Of a DNA stretch of 64,000 bases, positions 1 through 13,478 are shown piece after piece. The notes beneath the pieces are model-generated. The model was not told the origin of the DNA, searched no databases, and worked only from the letters and a program-made list of their open reading frames with translations. The translations under genes and the position numbers were made by a program. Positions within the stretch are counted from its first letter, which is position 1. Every line of letters starts with the position of its first letter. Source of the DNA: Lingula anatina (taxonomy: Eukaryota > Animalia > Brachiopoda); NCBI GenBank assembly GCA_051362555.1, contig JBPQGU010000016.1, positions 6,324,001-6,388,000 on the forward strand, in the 5' to 3' direction.

Positions 1-51
<51 letters not shown>

Positions 52-90
52 CCTTTCTCTCACCTGCATGTACATTTACCTACCCAAGCA

Positions 91-154
<64 letters not shown>
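1..154. repeat. (CT)n/(CA)n microsatellites
   Basis: Directly visible dinucleotide runs. Confidence 0.95.
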
Positions 155-157
<3 letters not shown>

Positions 158-174
158 CTTCCTCCATTTTCCAG

Positions 175-3100
175 ACAATGGTCAGGTGTACTGTAACAGG
201 AGCTGGAATGGCGCCACCTGCTGGCCCACAACCCTGGCCGGCCACTGGGCCACCGCCTTCTGTCCGCCCGAAGTGGAGGGAGTTTCGCTGGACGTTACAC
301 GTGAGTTTACGACAATGACCACGTTCAGATTCAAACATCGCACCAGCTGGATCGATCCAACTCTGCGGGGAATTTTTGTCAAAGTGCTTTCAGTGTCATC
401 AGCTTAATTGTCTGACAAGCCTACCTGAGCAGCTTGTTGATTAGTTAATTACCCCTTGGAACTCGAGGAGGCGTGTCACACATTTAAATCGTTTACAGTG
501 ATTGCACTTAGGGTGCTTTCCCAGAGATTTAGATCGATCTAAAGATTAAGTTCTAGATCGACCTAACTTCCTGGGGGTTCACGCTAAATTGCAGTCAGCC
601 GAGCGGACACCATAGTTAATTACCACCTTACAGCGTTTAGTAGGCGGGACAGACGCTTAAGCCGGCCAAGCTGACAGTAATCTAGTGAGACTCCCCACAG
701 GGATAGATCGATCTAAAAATCTATGAAAATGGGGTGTTACACCCCATTTCCATAGATTAGAATGACCTACTTTAGATCGACCTAACTCGCTGGGGGTTCA
801 CGCTAAATAGCTGTCAGCCGGGCGGACACGAAAGTTAATTACCCCCTTACAGCTTGTAATAGGCGGGACGGACATTTAAGTCGGATTATCTGAAAGTAAT
901 CTGGTGAGACTCCCCGCGGGGATAGATCGATCTAAAATCTATGGGAATAGAGCCTTAGAGAGGTGGATCAAATCAGCTAGTGCGATGGGTTTATCTGAAC
1001 GCTCCTAATCACTCATTAAATTCGAATACAATTATATAGATTATATTTCTTCAAACAATGCTTTATTAACAACACAAAACCAAATTGATAGAAAATTAAA
1101 TTTTAAATCCAAGTGAGTTGATAGTAGAAACACGCGATGACGAGGACAGAACTGAAGATTTACCTTGTGAAAAATGACAACAACGTCTTATTTAAGGCAT
1201 GGAAAGGCATATTTCCCTTGTGCAAAATTATTTAAAGTATTTAGGTAAAACAGAGCCTCGGTTCTATGAAGGGCCCTTAATTTTTCACTAATTCCATAAC
1301 ATGCAAACGAGGCTACTGCATCGCTGTAGATTAAACTAGAAACAGGTTATGTCTAGCGCTATCATAGAGAAGGAGGAGGGGATTTTATTTTACTCTTTTA
1401 AGTGTGGGGCTCTATTAAAACAAGTGTGCCTATTTTAGAAGGGGATTTTATTTACACTAGTGTAAAAGGGTGGCTGAGGCTATGATAAAACAGGGACGTG
1501 TAGTTTAGGAGGATATATTATAATGTGCAATGTGATGTTTTTTACGTTTAATTTTAGAAAATGCGACAAGATACTGTCATCCCAATGGAATGTGGAATGA
1601 AAAGTCTAACTACGACAACTGCACGCTGTTATCACACGTTGGAATAGAGAATTTAGAGGTAAATTAAATCTTTTAGATGTAAAGATAATCTTGATTTGTT
1701 GTATTATTGGAAAAAAGACAAATTTACAAGAGTATTTTTCTCCAAAATTAATATATATGTAAAATTTTAAAAAAATTATAAACTTATCAGTAAGAAAAGT
1801 AATTTTTCGCCCAATGTGGGGCTCGAACCCACGACCCTGGGATTAAGAGTCCCATGCTCTACCGACTGAGCTAACCGGGCTGTTGTGCGTCGGTCCCATC
1901 AGGCTTTCGTCCGCGCTCGGATTATGTGAGCTTTAATACTTTAAAGTGGATCTAATTATTCATGCGTATAAGATAAGGATAATGATTGTGTTTGTGGACC
2001 ACCAGCAAAGCTGACCGGTCTTTTGTAGTAACTTAATTGTGATGTTCCTATTCATATAACTGATTTTTTAATCGGAATATTAAATTCTACTTTTAGGAAT
2101 TTGAAATGGTCAACCTGGCAGCAAGGATGATTTATTTTGTGGGGTTTAGCATATCCAGTTTAGCACTCATTTCGGCCTTGCTTATATTCTCATATTTCAG
2201 GTAAGGGTCTTCTTTCTTTCTTTTTTTCTCTCTTTTTTTTCTTTTCTTTGAATTTTTTTTCTTATGAAACATGGCTATCATAAATACACGTGCTTGTTGT
2301 TGAAATGCAATTCCCTGGGAATTTTGAATGCAGCTGATTTAAAATGCGTGTATAACTAGCATGGTTTGTTTAGGACACACTTTTTTTGCTATCACTATTT
2401 TAATATTTTCTATTTTATCAAATGGAGTTCATGAGTATGGTCCAGTTAATGCTTACCAAAATTTTTACTTAATTTACGAATATATTTATTTTATCCGAAA
2501 CAAGTTTACCAAAGCAAAATACCATAGTTCTTTTTAACGACATATCTCCACAAACAGTCTACTAAACGCCCATTTTTCGAAGACAAGTATGGAGTTGACA
2601 ACATCTGAACATAAAAAAGTAGGTTCCCAAAACACATTTCTGAAAAGCGGGAAAGTTACTCGGAAAAAAAAGTTGACAAAAATTGGCTTGGTTTAGATTT
2701 AAACGTAGTCCAAAAATCGTTATCTGTACACAAAACTAAACATAGTGATGCTAACAAGATAGTCAACGGCCAACCTGGGCAAAACCTACATCAGAGTAAA
2801 AATTATCACTAGGTAGTCCAATGAAGTCTAATGTAAGTCGTTAACTACAAGTAACATACGCACGTCCTAATGCTTTGCTGATGCACAAAAAACGATAATT
2901 AAGTTACGTACATGTATTATTTCATCTTTTCAGAAGTCTACACTGTCTCAGGAACACCATCCACTCTCATTTGATGGGTTCGTTTCTTCTCAGGATATTA
3001 GTCTGGGTAATGCTGCATTTCGTCACTCGTGCGGTGTTCTTAGAGCCGGATATTAAAGACGTATCGTCAGGGGTAAGTGTTTGTGTATGTGCGCGTGCCT

Positions 3101-3808
3101 GCTCGTTTGTGTTTATGTGTTTAAGTATGCGCGTGTTTCCGTGCGCGTGTATGTGCGTGTGTGTGCATGTTTATATGTGTTTGCTTGAGCTTTTGTGTGT
3201 GTTTGTTCATGAAAATGTTTGAGTTTGCGGGCGCGTATTTGTTTTTTTTTCTTGTTTGTTTGTTTATGTGCGTGTTTCCGTGTATGTGTGCGTGCGTGTG
3301 TACAAGTGTGTGCATGTTTAAGTGCACGTGTACTTTTAAATGATATATTGCCACAAAGTTCAAGAAAAAGATCTTCTGCTACATGTACCTTATAAAGCGA
3401 ATACTAAAGGCACAGTCAAGCGCAGCTATTACACAAGAAACATGTTGCATAAAATATTTTCAAAAATATTTTTTATCATTTTGATTTTTTTTAGCTGAAC
3501 TGGTTCTGTAAAATCCTCACGGCTCTCTCCCACTACAGTACCATAGCTAACTTCTTCTGGATGTTAATGGAAGGGCTTTACCTTCATATTATGGTGTTCT
3601 GGGTGTACTCTGCCGAAAAGCTCAACATCTGGCTCTTCGCTATCATCGGTTGGGGTAAGTAGAGCCATCTCAGACAAAATGGATATGGTGTTATCTTTCA
3701 ATTATAGATTTGAAATAAAATAAAAAAAAAACTTATTTAACCAATGAATCATGTCGTTTCGATGTTTACATTTTATACACTGTGCAATCGAACAAGACAG
3801 CATGTGCT

Positions 3809-3839
<31 letters not shown>

Positions 3840-6086
3840 TTTTACAGGCTGTCCTTGGTTCTTCGTAATTATATGGGCTATTGCCAAGTATAACAAACAA
3901 AACAGAGAGTAAGTATTAATGCATAGGCTTTATAAATGTGAAGGGATTTTATGTCAAATATAGAAGCACGTATAGTGAAAAGAGACGCTCGGTAGATGCG
4001 AAGTAACGTCTCTGATATTGTTTAATACTGTTGATTTTGAATGAAGATTTCGAATTAAACTGTTTAGAGTAAAAAAAAATTAAAATTTGATTAACTATAC
4101 TTGTACCGGTACTGATTCTTTGATTTTCAGTATACATACATGTACGTATAAACGTACTGTAGAATGATTATCACTTTCATAATTTTGGGGTTTTCAGTTG
4201 TTGGATTACCCTGCACGGCTCGAGTGATGCCTTGGACTTCATAATATATGCTCCAAACTTGACAGTTATAGGGGTAAGTGCTCTCTCTCTCTCTCACGCG
4301 CGCGCGCTCTCTCATGGCCTCTTTACTGCCCCTTTCTATTGCCTTCACTCTGCACCATCATTGTAAGTTCCAGTATCAGAATTAAATATATTTCTCATTT
4401 TTATTCTACTGAATCATGACTAATAAGATTCCCTCAACATCACAGTATGGACTTATTTTGTTCCCCTTCAGGTGAACCTGGTATTTCTGTTTTCCATCAT
4501 TTGGGTGCTTGTCTCCAAAATCAATTCTTCCCAAAACTTTGATGGGGGCCAATACACGTAAGTATCCATGATATCCGTTTTAGAAAATGTGTTTAATACC
4601 GTTGCCTTTTAAAGGAGTCGGTGATTAACTTACATTGTTGAGAAAAAACTCTTCCTTGTTTGCATTTGCCGCACAATAAATACCAACAGAGATAGATTTA
4701 AAGATCCAAATCTATTTTTGACACCGGACTTGCGATTCCTTGTGGCACAGGCTCGCACAAACAAATACTATCCATTCCCTGAATATTTTGCTTTTTCGGA
4801 TAGATCAGTCAAAAAACTGATATCGAAATAATATGTATATACGTGACATGAAAGTAGTACCTTTAATCCTTTCTTGAGAAAAGGGGATTTGCCTTCACTT
4901 ACAACCCACCAAAATTTGTTTTCTATAAAATCATGTATCCCTTTGTCATTGAATCCCATTTAACTTAAACTTTTTTTTCTTTTCTCTTTTAACATATGAG
5001 CAAGTGAACGTAAACTCATTTCTTTTTGCAGGAATAAAACGAGTTTTTTGTCTTACAGTAAAGCTGTCCGAGCGACAACTCTGCTTGTTTTGCTTCTTGG
5101 AGTGGCCTACATTTTCTTCGTCATCCCTCCAAGCAATGACCGGGTGACGAGGATGATTTTCTTTTTCTGCGTGGCTGTTCTGACGTCACTGCAGGTAGAC
5201 CAATCGTTTATTATAATCATTTAAGCGCTGTATTTGAAAAATTTGCTTAGAAAGAAATGCACTTTTAATATAAAATAGGAAAAAACGTCGATTTTTAACC
5301 TAATTTCAATCGCTAAATGTAATTTGAATACTTGGTGCAAAGATATGAAGTGAGGATTATTAATCTTCAATGGTTAGTTTATTCATTGATATCATTATAA
5401 TTAGTCATTTTGTATGTATTCCAGGGGTTGTGCGCAGCGGCATTTTACTGTTTTATGAACGGAGAGGTTGGTAATATTTGCCATTTAAAATTGAAATAGA
5501 TAAAGTCAGCATTTTGTTTCGAAATTAGTCATTGCTCGTAAATGCAAACCATAGTGAATCAAAAATTCTGTTCAACAATTTGATATTGTAAAATTAAAAA
5601 TCTTGATATTCAAATGCCCCCAGAATTTTGGACGGAAATTCATTATTTATTATTTATTAGAATAGAACAATGGCATGTTGGGGTGGTGACCCACATTCCC
5701 CACATACCCCAGCTTGCAGAATAAATCGCAGTGTACATTTTTCTATTTAAAAAAAAAAAAAAAAAAAAAACGGCTTAATGATATTTTGAAAATTGTAGGT
5801 TCAAGCCACAATCAAACGGCGGTTTCATCATTGGCAAGACACAAGGAGCATTAGCCATGGTACGCGCTCAACGCGCGTGACTTCGGTGACAGGGCGTCAG
5901 AGCCCGACCAATGGGAACAGTTGTAGTCATCCGGGTACTCCCAAAGAGGAGGAGTCAAAAGAGATAGACTGTCTTATTCAATGCTCATTGGCCCATCGTG
6001 AAAGCAAGGACAGTAATGACAATGAAAAAGGCAAACTATCAGATAATCTAATGATGGCTCAGCTTAGTAATGGATCAAATGTATGA
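175..6086 (+). CDS. Class B1 (secretin-family) GPCR, CRF/DH44-receptor-like; 5' exons lie upstream of the window
   Basis: GT-AG exons that join in frame: 175-300, 1558-1658, 2097-2200, 2934-3072, 3495-3654, 3848-3908, 4198-4273, 4472-4557, 5059-5194, 5425-5466, 5799-6086(TGA). Motifs: hormone-binding domain CNRSWNGATCWP..CP..RYCHPNGMW..NYDNC; SLHCLRNTIH; NFFWMLMEGLYLH; IIGWGCP; KAVRAT; SLQG..FYCFMNGEV. AATAAA at 6101. Confidence 0.93.
511..954. mobile_element. Two adjacent ~215-225 bp PIF/Harbinger (Tourist-like) MITEs sharing a TTA site
   Basis: 511-736 and 740-954; imperfect TIRs containing TAGATCGATCTA/TAGATCGACCTA; flanked by TTA at 508-510, 737-739 and 955-957; near-identical copies elsewhere in the window. 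Confidence 0.8.
1808..1880 (-). tRNA. tRNA-Lys(CTT), antisense within a GPCR intron
   Basis: Reverse complement is GCCCGGTTAGCTCAGTCGGTAGAGCATGGGACTCTTAATCCCAGGGTCGTGGGTTCGAGCCCCACATTGGGCG: 73 nt, intact A and B boxes, CTT anticodon, TTTT Pol III terminator about 10 nt downstream. Confidence 0.97.
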
Positions 6087-7069
6087 AATTGGAAGGTACT
6101 AATAAATATAAGGACCAAGCCTTGCAGGGTTGTGAGAGAAGAGGCAAATTTGTTTCCCTAGGGATTTACAGACTTGAATTTTCCACGGTAGTTTCTGTTC
6201 CTCACCCTTCCAAAAGACTTTAGTGGGTTTGGGATCAATGGTTCTGTCATTTGTTTAAGACTTGGGGTTGAACTGTTCAATTTTTCTGGAACCTTCCGGA
6301 ACTGAATGAAAATTGCCGCTGAAAATGTTTCAGAAAAGTACCATTTCTAACAGTATGATAGTTTGCAATTGGTTAAATTCTGTTCAATACCGACGATTGC
6401 CTGGTTGTACATGTATGTATTTACATGCTATTTATTTACTGTGAGATTATGTATGCTTTCATAGTTTATGTTGTTTCAACATAGGTTCGCAATATGAGTA
6501 ACGCACAAAGTGAATAACTTACCATTAACATATTTTATAATTTGCCCTAATTTAGTATTTTCAATTGTCGGCTTTGTAAATGCCAAAAATAGGTGGATTT
6601 TACGCATGATCATCCTTTTTACTACATAATGTCATGGGAGTAAAAGACGAGAGGAATGAGTCAGTAAAACGCACAATGCCAGTAACTGATATCAAATGTT
6701 ATTTTAGCCATGAAGTAGCATTACAGTTGGTACATGTAGCTTTGTAAATATAAAAAAACGGAATTTTAAGCATGCTCATCCTTAATATTGTTACACGTAG
6801 TGGAAAAGATGTAGATGTCGGTTGATGGTCGGTTGATGAGAGTCGAACGCACAATATTTGTAACTTATATTTATGATTAAGTACTATTTTCATTTGGCAG
6901 CTTTGTAAATAAAGATACTGATTTAAGGTATTCTCATTGTTGTTGTTTTTTTTTCGGTCAAAGTGTATTATTATAGGCGCAGGTGTCATCATTCCCCCCC
7001 TCCCCATTTTTCAGCCGCGCTAATCATTAGTACAGATAACAAGGGCCCTAGTTTTTTCACGTTTTTACA

Positions 7070-8190
7070 TTCACCAGATACTCTGCAAAGCACCACACCC
7101 ACTTGGCTGGTGGTTAAGGAACGTTGATCACACACATACCAAATTTATATTTTTAAAGAAAGAATGGAGAAAAGAATTGTCAACACCATGAAAGACTGTT
7201 TCCATCCTGCATCATCTCTTTTTACTTTTTTACCAAGCAACAGTAGACTTTTAACTTTTAAAGGCAGTAAACGCTTTTTAAACAGCTTTTATCCAAGTGC
7301 AGTGACGCATTTTAATTTGATCTCAAAACTAAATTCTTAATTTATTTATTTATTGTATTATTTTATTATTTTACTCTGTATATTGCTCCAAAAGGAAAAT
7401 GATTTCCGATTTTTATAATTGGCTAAATAAACTCTTATCTTAAACAGAAAGTCATGTGGGTGGCGGAATTCTCGGAACACATCAGTGGTATTGACCCAAA
7501 CATTACATTCACCATCGAGAGGGAATAAGAGGGACGACCAGCATTCTTGGACAACAAAGATCCAAAACCGGTATATAGTGATTCCATAAGAAGGGGGAAG
7601 CTGAACATCTGAAGCGCATCTGTGCCAAACACATTTTGTGAATGTTTGTTTCAGACTGCACAGAACTCTCAAGCTGATCCTACAGTATATCACCCTAAAG
7701 ACAAGACCGAGACGAAGGATGTCAGTGGCGCGATTTATCATATTAATTAAGTGCAAAGGAGATAAGGACTGTGAATGTGACAATGATTACATCGGAGGGA
7801 CAAAAAGAACACTGAAATCTAGGGTTTTAGAACATAAGAGGAAATTCACAACAGACGATCCTCGGAGAGACAGAGCTTTACCACATAGGGGGTCTCTAAA
7901 CACATTCGTTCAGAGAAACCTGGGTAATAGCTGCCATGGGAGGTAGTAAAATCTTAGACAAGGACCAGCCATGCATAAGGGAGGGGGGTTAAGGAGGCAA
8001 TCTACATCCGCGCCCAAAACCCAAGCCTAAACAGAGACGGGGGGAGACACACCAATTGTGTCACATATGGGACAGCACTATCACTGAGACATTAGTGAAA
8101 AGTGCTCAGTCTCAGAGGAGCACACACCGAAGAAGGTCACAGTAGTGATCCAAAGCTTTGTTGAGGTACCAGTTCAAGTAAGTGTTGAAA
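7070..8190 (+). mobile_element. Decayed Penelope-like retroelement (RT C-terminal part plus GIY-YIG endonuclease)
   Basis: Disrupted peptides: EHISGIDPNITFTIERE*EGRPAFLD (RT), CDNDYIGGTKRTLKSRVLEHKR (GIY-YIG), KEAIYIRAQNPSLNRDGG (typical PLE C-terminus); hammerhead-like relic at 8127-8160. Confidence 0.85.
7150..7430 (+). mobile_element. 5'-truncated LINE 3' end (Rex1/Babar-like) inserted in the Penelope element
   Basis: MKDCFHPASSLFTFLPSNSRLLTFKGSKRFLNSFYPSAVTHFN matches the HP..LF..LPS..R...SF.P.A C-terminus of Rex/Babar ORF2; followed by an (ATTT)-rich tail. Confidence 0.65.
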
Positions 8191-11075
8191 TTTTTAAGTT
8201 TAAATGCCTACATGTACATGTTTGTGAATTGATAAGCTGTCAATACATGCACCAGCACAGTACAGTAGTATAATGTCAGCAAATGTTGTACATTGGGCAC
8301 ATGGGCATGACATACTTTTCCTTATACATCGTTATTTTCATTCGTTGGATAAAACTGTGAAGAAATGTTTCCTGTGTTGTACAGAACAATCGAGTGAGCA
8401 TACGCCCAAATGAAAGACAAGATTTACTTACGTACAAGTAACAACCCCTACAATGAGATATAGCCCATATATATGTTTTCATCTAATAAATGCAGCATGA
8501 AAAGCAAAAGGATAGTAAGTTCAGCATACGGTGAAAAACAATTCCTGGCGTACACCCTTAGCACAATACGGGCTGTGACTCACAGTGGGCGCTTTCAGAA
8601 CAAGGTGATCCACGGATCAAATATGGCCGACCCACTTGAAAGCGTGTGGCATTTTCCCTTAATAGACGCTGTATGCATAATCCGTGGGGAATGCGCTTGG
8701 GTCGGCGATATTTGATCCTCGGATCTGCTAGTCGGCGGATCAACTTATGTTGTGAATGCGGGAAAGGTGAAGGTGTCAAGATATTATTACTCCCCAGCAC
8801 GCACTAAAAAGTGACTTATTGGACAAACCTAGGAGAAAACCCCCGCGCCTGCGTTGTTGAACGTCCAGGAAACGTTGGTGCGGCAGATGCATCTATTCGA
8901 AAAAGACGAACTACAACACAGACTAAATGCAAAGCCATCCCCCCTCCCGTCGCAAAGACAGTTGTTAGTAAAATATGTTTAAAAATCTTCAAAAGTTTTA
9001 TAGCAGATTATAAAAATGAAATGCAATAATCAATATAAATTTTTTATTTGGAAGACAAAAAGCCAGTATAACGATTTTGATTTCGATGTCTGTTTTGACT
9101 GGCATTCCTGGAAGCGTATTTTCGAAGATACTTCAGGAAAAAGAGTCAAGCGTAGGAAAATGCAAAAATTATCGAGTTTATCAAATTGCAGGTCTTTAAA
9201 TACTTCTAATTGGCTCTTCGATTATGACAATAAAGCTCGTTGTTATCAATATTTTACTATAATTATTATTTAAACTTGCGGCCGTCGCTGAACAGGACGA
9301 AACCATCTCGAGTTTTGCAGTTTGTCGGCATCTTCTGCCCAGCCAATACAAATGGAAACATTTTCTTTTTGAAAAATGAAGGTGCGCGTCATAGTGTAAA
9401 TCCAGAGCAGATATTTCGTATAAGCTGAATGTTTTTTTCATCGAGACACCTAAATGATCACCTAGCCACAACTCTTTGACGCGTAATGACGAATAACAAT
9501 ACCATTTTATGTGGCGCGGGAGCTTGAAGGGCAACTCCATGGGATTTTCCCGCCAAAATGGATTTTGCCGGGGAAATAAGTAAATTTCATGCACTCGCTA
9601 ATAATTTGTCCATCCTTCTCTGCACTTGGCTTCGAACTTTAATTGCAATTTCTAAAGGTTGATTTAGTTTTTAAGTAACTGGACAGTAATTTTAACCAGC
9701 GACTATCTTCCTAAACTCCGATGGAAATAACATCAGGTACGCCAAAGGAACTATTTAAATAGATTTTAAGGTGTATGTACGATTTATAACAAGCTGTAGA
9801 TGGCAAAAATAAGCACTTGGATGATTTTCAAACCCATGGGTTCTACCTTTTAACTTTATTCTACCGGTACTGGTACCGATTATCCGATTCCAATCTACCA
9901 ACTATGTAGCTGATTCTGTGATTAAAAATCTGTAGATAGACAATGTTACATGAGAGATTCATAACACTTTCAATATCCGCTGATGGTTGAAAAAAAATGC
10001 TTTATTCTCAGAAACTCGGTCTTTTGTCTTATTTAACTTTTTATTTCGCGTGTGAAAAGAAATCAATCATTTGGAATACAGGCTCTTTTGATTACCCACA
10101 GTTCAATAACTGTCTTTAACACGTATAACAGTACATAATCTACAAACATTCTAGTTGTCAACTTTCTACATAACCTGATTTTCTATACGGACATTCAAAT
10201 TTGACACTGGCACGTTACTGTTCATTTTCGTAATTGGCACTAACATATATACGTATATTTCATAATACGAAAACATTTTTTTGTATACTAATAAATACAT
10301 ACACTTAAACAATGGAATTATAATAATTGTGGTTATAATAATAAAGGGCGTCAAGTTCAAAATGTCTTTTAGAGAGGGTGCACGACATTGACATTGACAA
10401 AGCTACAGTACCACAAGCAATTTTCCCAAACGTTCTCTATTACTATTTTTCTACGATCAACATGGAAGTGACAAACAAAAACCACATCAAGTCCGTCAAA
10501 GAATAAATAGGAATGTCTCCAAAAACGTGAAGAAGAAAAAATGGGAACTTGACGCCCTACCAAATGGAACGTTTCACGATAAGAGTAATTTAAACAAAAA
10601 AGCGTCTGAACTGTATGCTACGAAAAGATGTAAGTATCTATTTTTAATAAAAAAACAACATACAAATCTCAAAAATGCATACAACATTGTGCAGAAAAAA
10701 ATCCCTGGAATTCTCAACAATTTTCACTTTATCACCACAACAAAGAAGAAAATTACGTTTTATAAATGATTAATTCTGAACTTTCATTTTAACATTACAA
10801 GTGTAATTCACCAGTCTTCATCCCCGTTAAATGAGTGACTCAAAAATTAGAAACTTGAAACAAAACAAAAAATCGTAATTTTGTTAACATAATTGTATAA
10901 TAATGGTACATCTACACAATTAAAGTAAAATGATGATATTCACTGGAACATTACTTCTTTGCAGTATAAAGGACTAACAGTCAACATAAATATTTAACAT
11001 CTCACTTGCTACCAACTGACATATAGACAAATTAATTGCACATTTTTAAAGATATGTCTTAAAAAGAAATATGTT

Positions 11076-13430
11076 TTAAACAAAATTCCTGGGACATGAG
11101 GGTAGGTTAATTTCCCCAAATACATTAAGTTCATACATACATGAAAATAACATAAAAACTACATATACAAACAGACATATAATACCAAATTTTTTATTCA
11201 ATTTCCATCCATTGACCGCCACGGCTACAAGAAGAAATATGACAGTTGCCAATAGGGAAATGGACGTAAACACAATGGTTTTGCTACTGATGTCCACCGG
11301 GGCGCCAATCCGGAAACACTCTATCATCCATGGTAGTCCTAGGCACAACAGGATGTCGAAGATATTGCTCCCGACGGAATTTGAGATTGCCATATCCCCA
11401 AAACCTAAAAAGCACAATGAATGTATGTAATAATCTACCAAAGATTAATTTTGTGCACCACCAAAATCTCAGTTACAGTACTGGGTCCCTTCCAAACAGT
11501 TTCCGAAAATTTCATAAAAAATCCGTCTAAAGCAGTTTCCATAAATGTTCCTTACAGACAGACAAATGGAACTAAACACATATTTACCTAATTTATATGT
11601 AAGGCAATAATAATTAAATAAATGAATAACTTACCATCTCTAGCCACAAACAAACTGGACATGGCATCAGGTACACTTGTGCCAGCAGCAAGAATTGTCA
11701 ACCCCATCACTGCATCAGGGATGTTCCAGGTGTCACCTATAAGGAGACAAGTTCATCATTTAATTAAGCAAGCCAACAGTTTTTAAGGCTGCTTTCAGTA
11801 TATATGTTATCGTACTAGCAGGATCGATCTATCTCAGTGAGGATTCTGGCTAAGGTGCAGTCAATGTTATCAGCTTTATGTCACACTCCATCGTAATTCA
11901 AAGTACTTGGGTAAAGTCGGGGAAAACTTTCGGGTCCATGACATTGTTCATGTTGCCCTGCAAGGGGGCATGCCAGGCAAGTTGGCCGATTTCATTGACT
12001 GCACCTTAGCAAGAATCCCTGCTGATAGATCCTGCTATCACCATAACTTCTATCCTGAACATAGCCTAAGATCAAACAATAGAAACAATGTAGAAGAAAT
12101 AAAGAATTAAAGATTCCAAAGCTTCTTAAATCCATATATGCACTTTTAAAGTTTCAATAATAAATTGTAACATTTTCTTCCATGTGCATCAGATTTAGCA
12201 GTCTTTTAACTAAGGGCTCATTCCCAATATAACTATCGGTCTACACAGATTTATCCAATACTGCAGGTGCTCTCACTCAATACAATCAAATTAACAGATT
12301 AACACGCCTTCACATTATAGGAGTATGTTGGAAACAAGGGGAGGTGTGGTAATATTCTACACCTATTGCATTCAGTATGAGTCTCTATATGGAGCTGGAT
12401 TAATTGATGTAAACCAATAGTTTCAATGGGTATGAGCCCTGTAATATCTGACTATTGCTGCATTGTTTAATGACTTTTTTTGCCTTATCACATTGTAAAC
12501 AATTGTTAAAACTTAAGATAAATGCAGTTTTTAAACTTTTATTTAAATAAAAATTAATGTTAGATAAATGCAGTTCTTAAACTTTTATTTAAATAAAAAT
12601 TAACTTGAATTTCACTTAATAACTTAAAATTTACCCATTATAGCAACCATCCACACCATCACGTAGGAGAAACCAGATATCCACACCACTGACATGATGA
12701 ACGAGAGCAGAAAAAGTCTTTTCCAGACTCCAGCTCTGCGAGAATCAGGAACCGTCAAGAAGAGCAAGGCCGACACAGGCAACATTGCGACCCAGTAGAA
12801 ACGTTTTAGAAACGATTCTGGGATGGTCCATGGGGATTCAAAGTCCTCGTCATCTGTGTGGATAAAACAAAAAGAAGTTCTTAAGGTAAGAAAATATTCT
12901 ATGTTTTGCATAAGATGATCTACAAATCTTTAAATTGGTATAAAACATCTACACACGTATCATTGAACACAGACACATGCTCTTCAAGATGTGCCTTACC
13001 TGTTTAATTAGCAAAAAAACTGTCCATTCCACAACTGTTATCTTTGCTTATTTATTGCCAACAAATGGAATATTTCATGGTAATGACTTGGTATTTCCAA
13101 TGGGGAAAATTGTGCATTTTATATAGATATTGCATTATTTAAAATAATAAATTCTTAAAGTGAGAACATTCCCATTGAGTGGTAGGAACAAAATTAAGAA
13201 AGTCGCCCTATAGCTCTATTCTATACAGTAAAATCACCATAAAATTCCCAAATAATTCACTGGAAAAATTGATAAGAAAAGATGGGGGCATTACTGTTCT
13301 TAAAGTAATATAAAAATAATAAGATAAATTCAGCCTTAGGGTTTCTATGTGGTATTACAAATTAAAATATTCTGTGCCATAATAAGATCATCCATGACAG
13401 AGATCAAACATGACTTTAGCAGCATTTTTA

Positions 13431-13478
<48 letters not shown>

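Noticed and set aside
2971-3363. Cys/Val- or His/Thr-rich ORFs
   Set aside because: Read-through of a GPCR exon into (GT)-rich low-complexity intron sequence.
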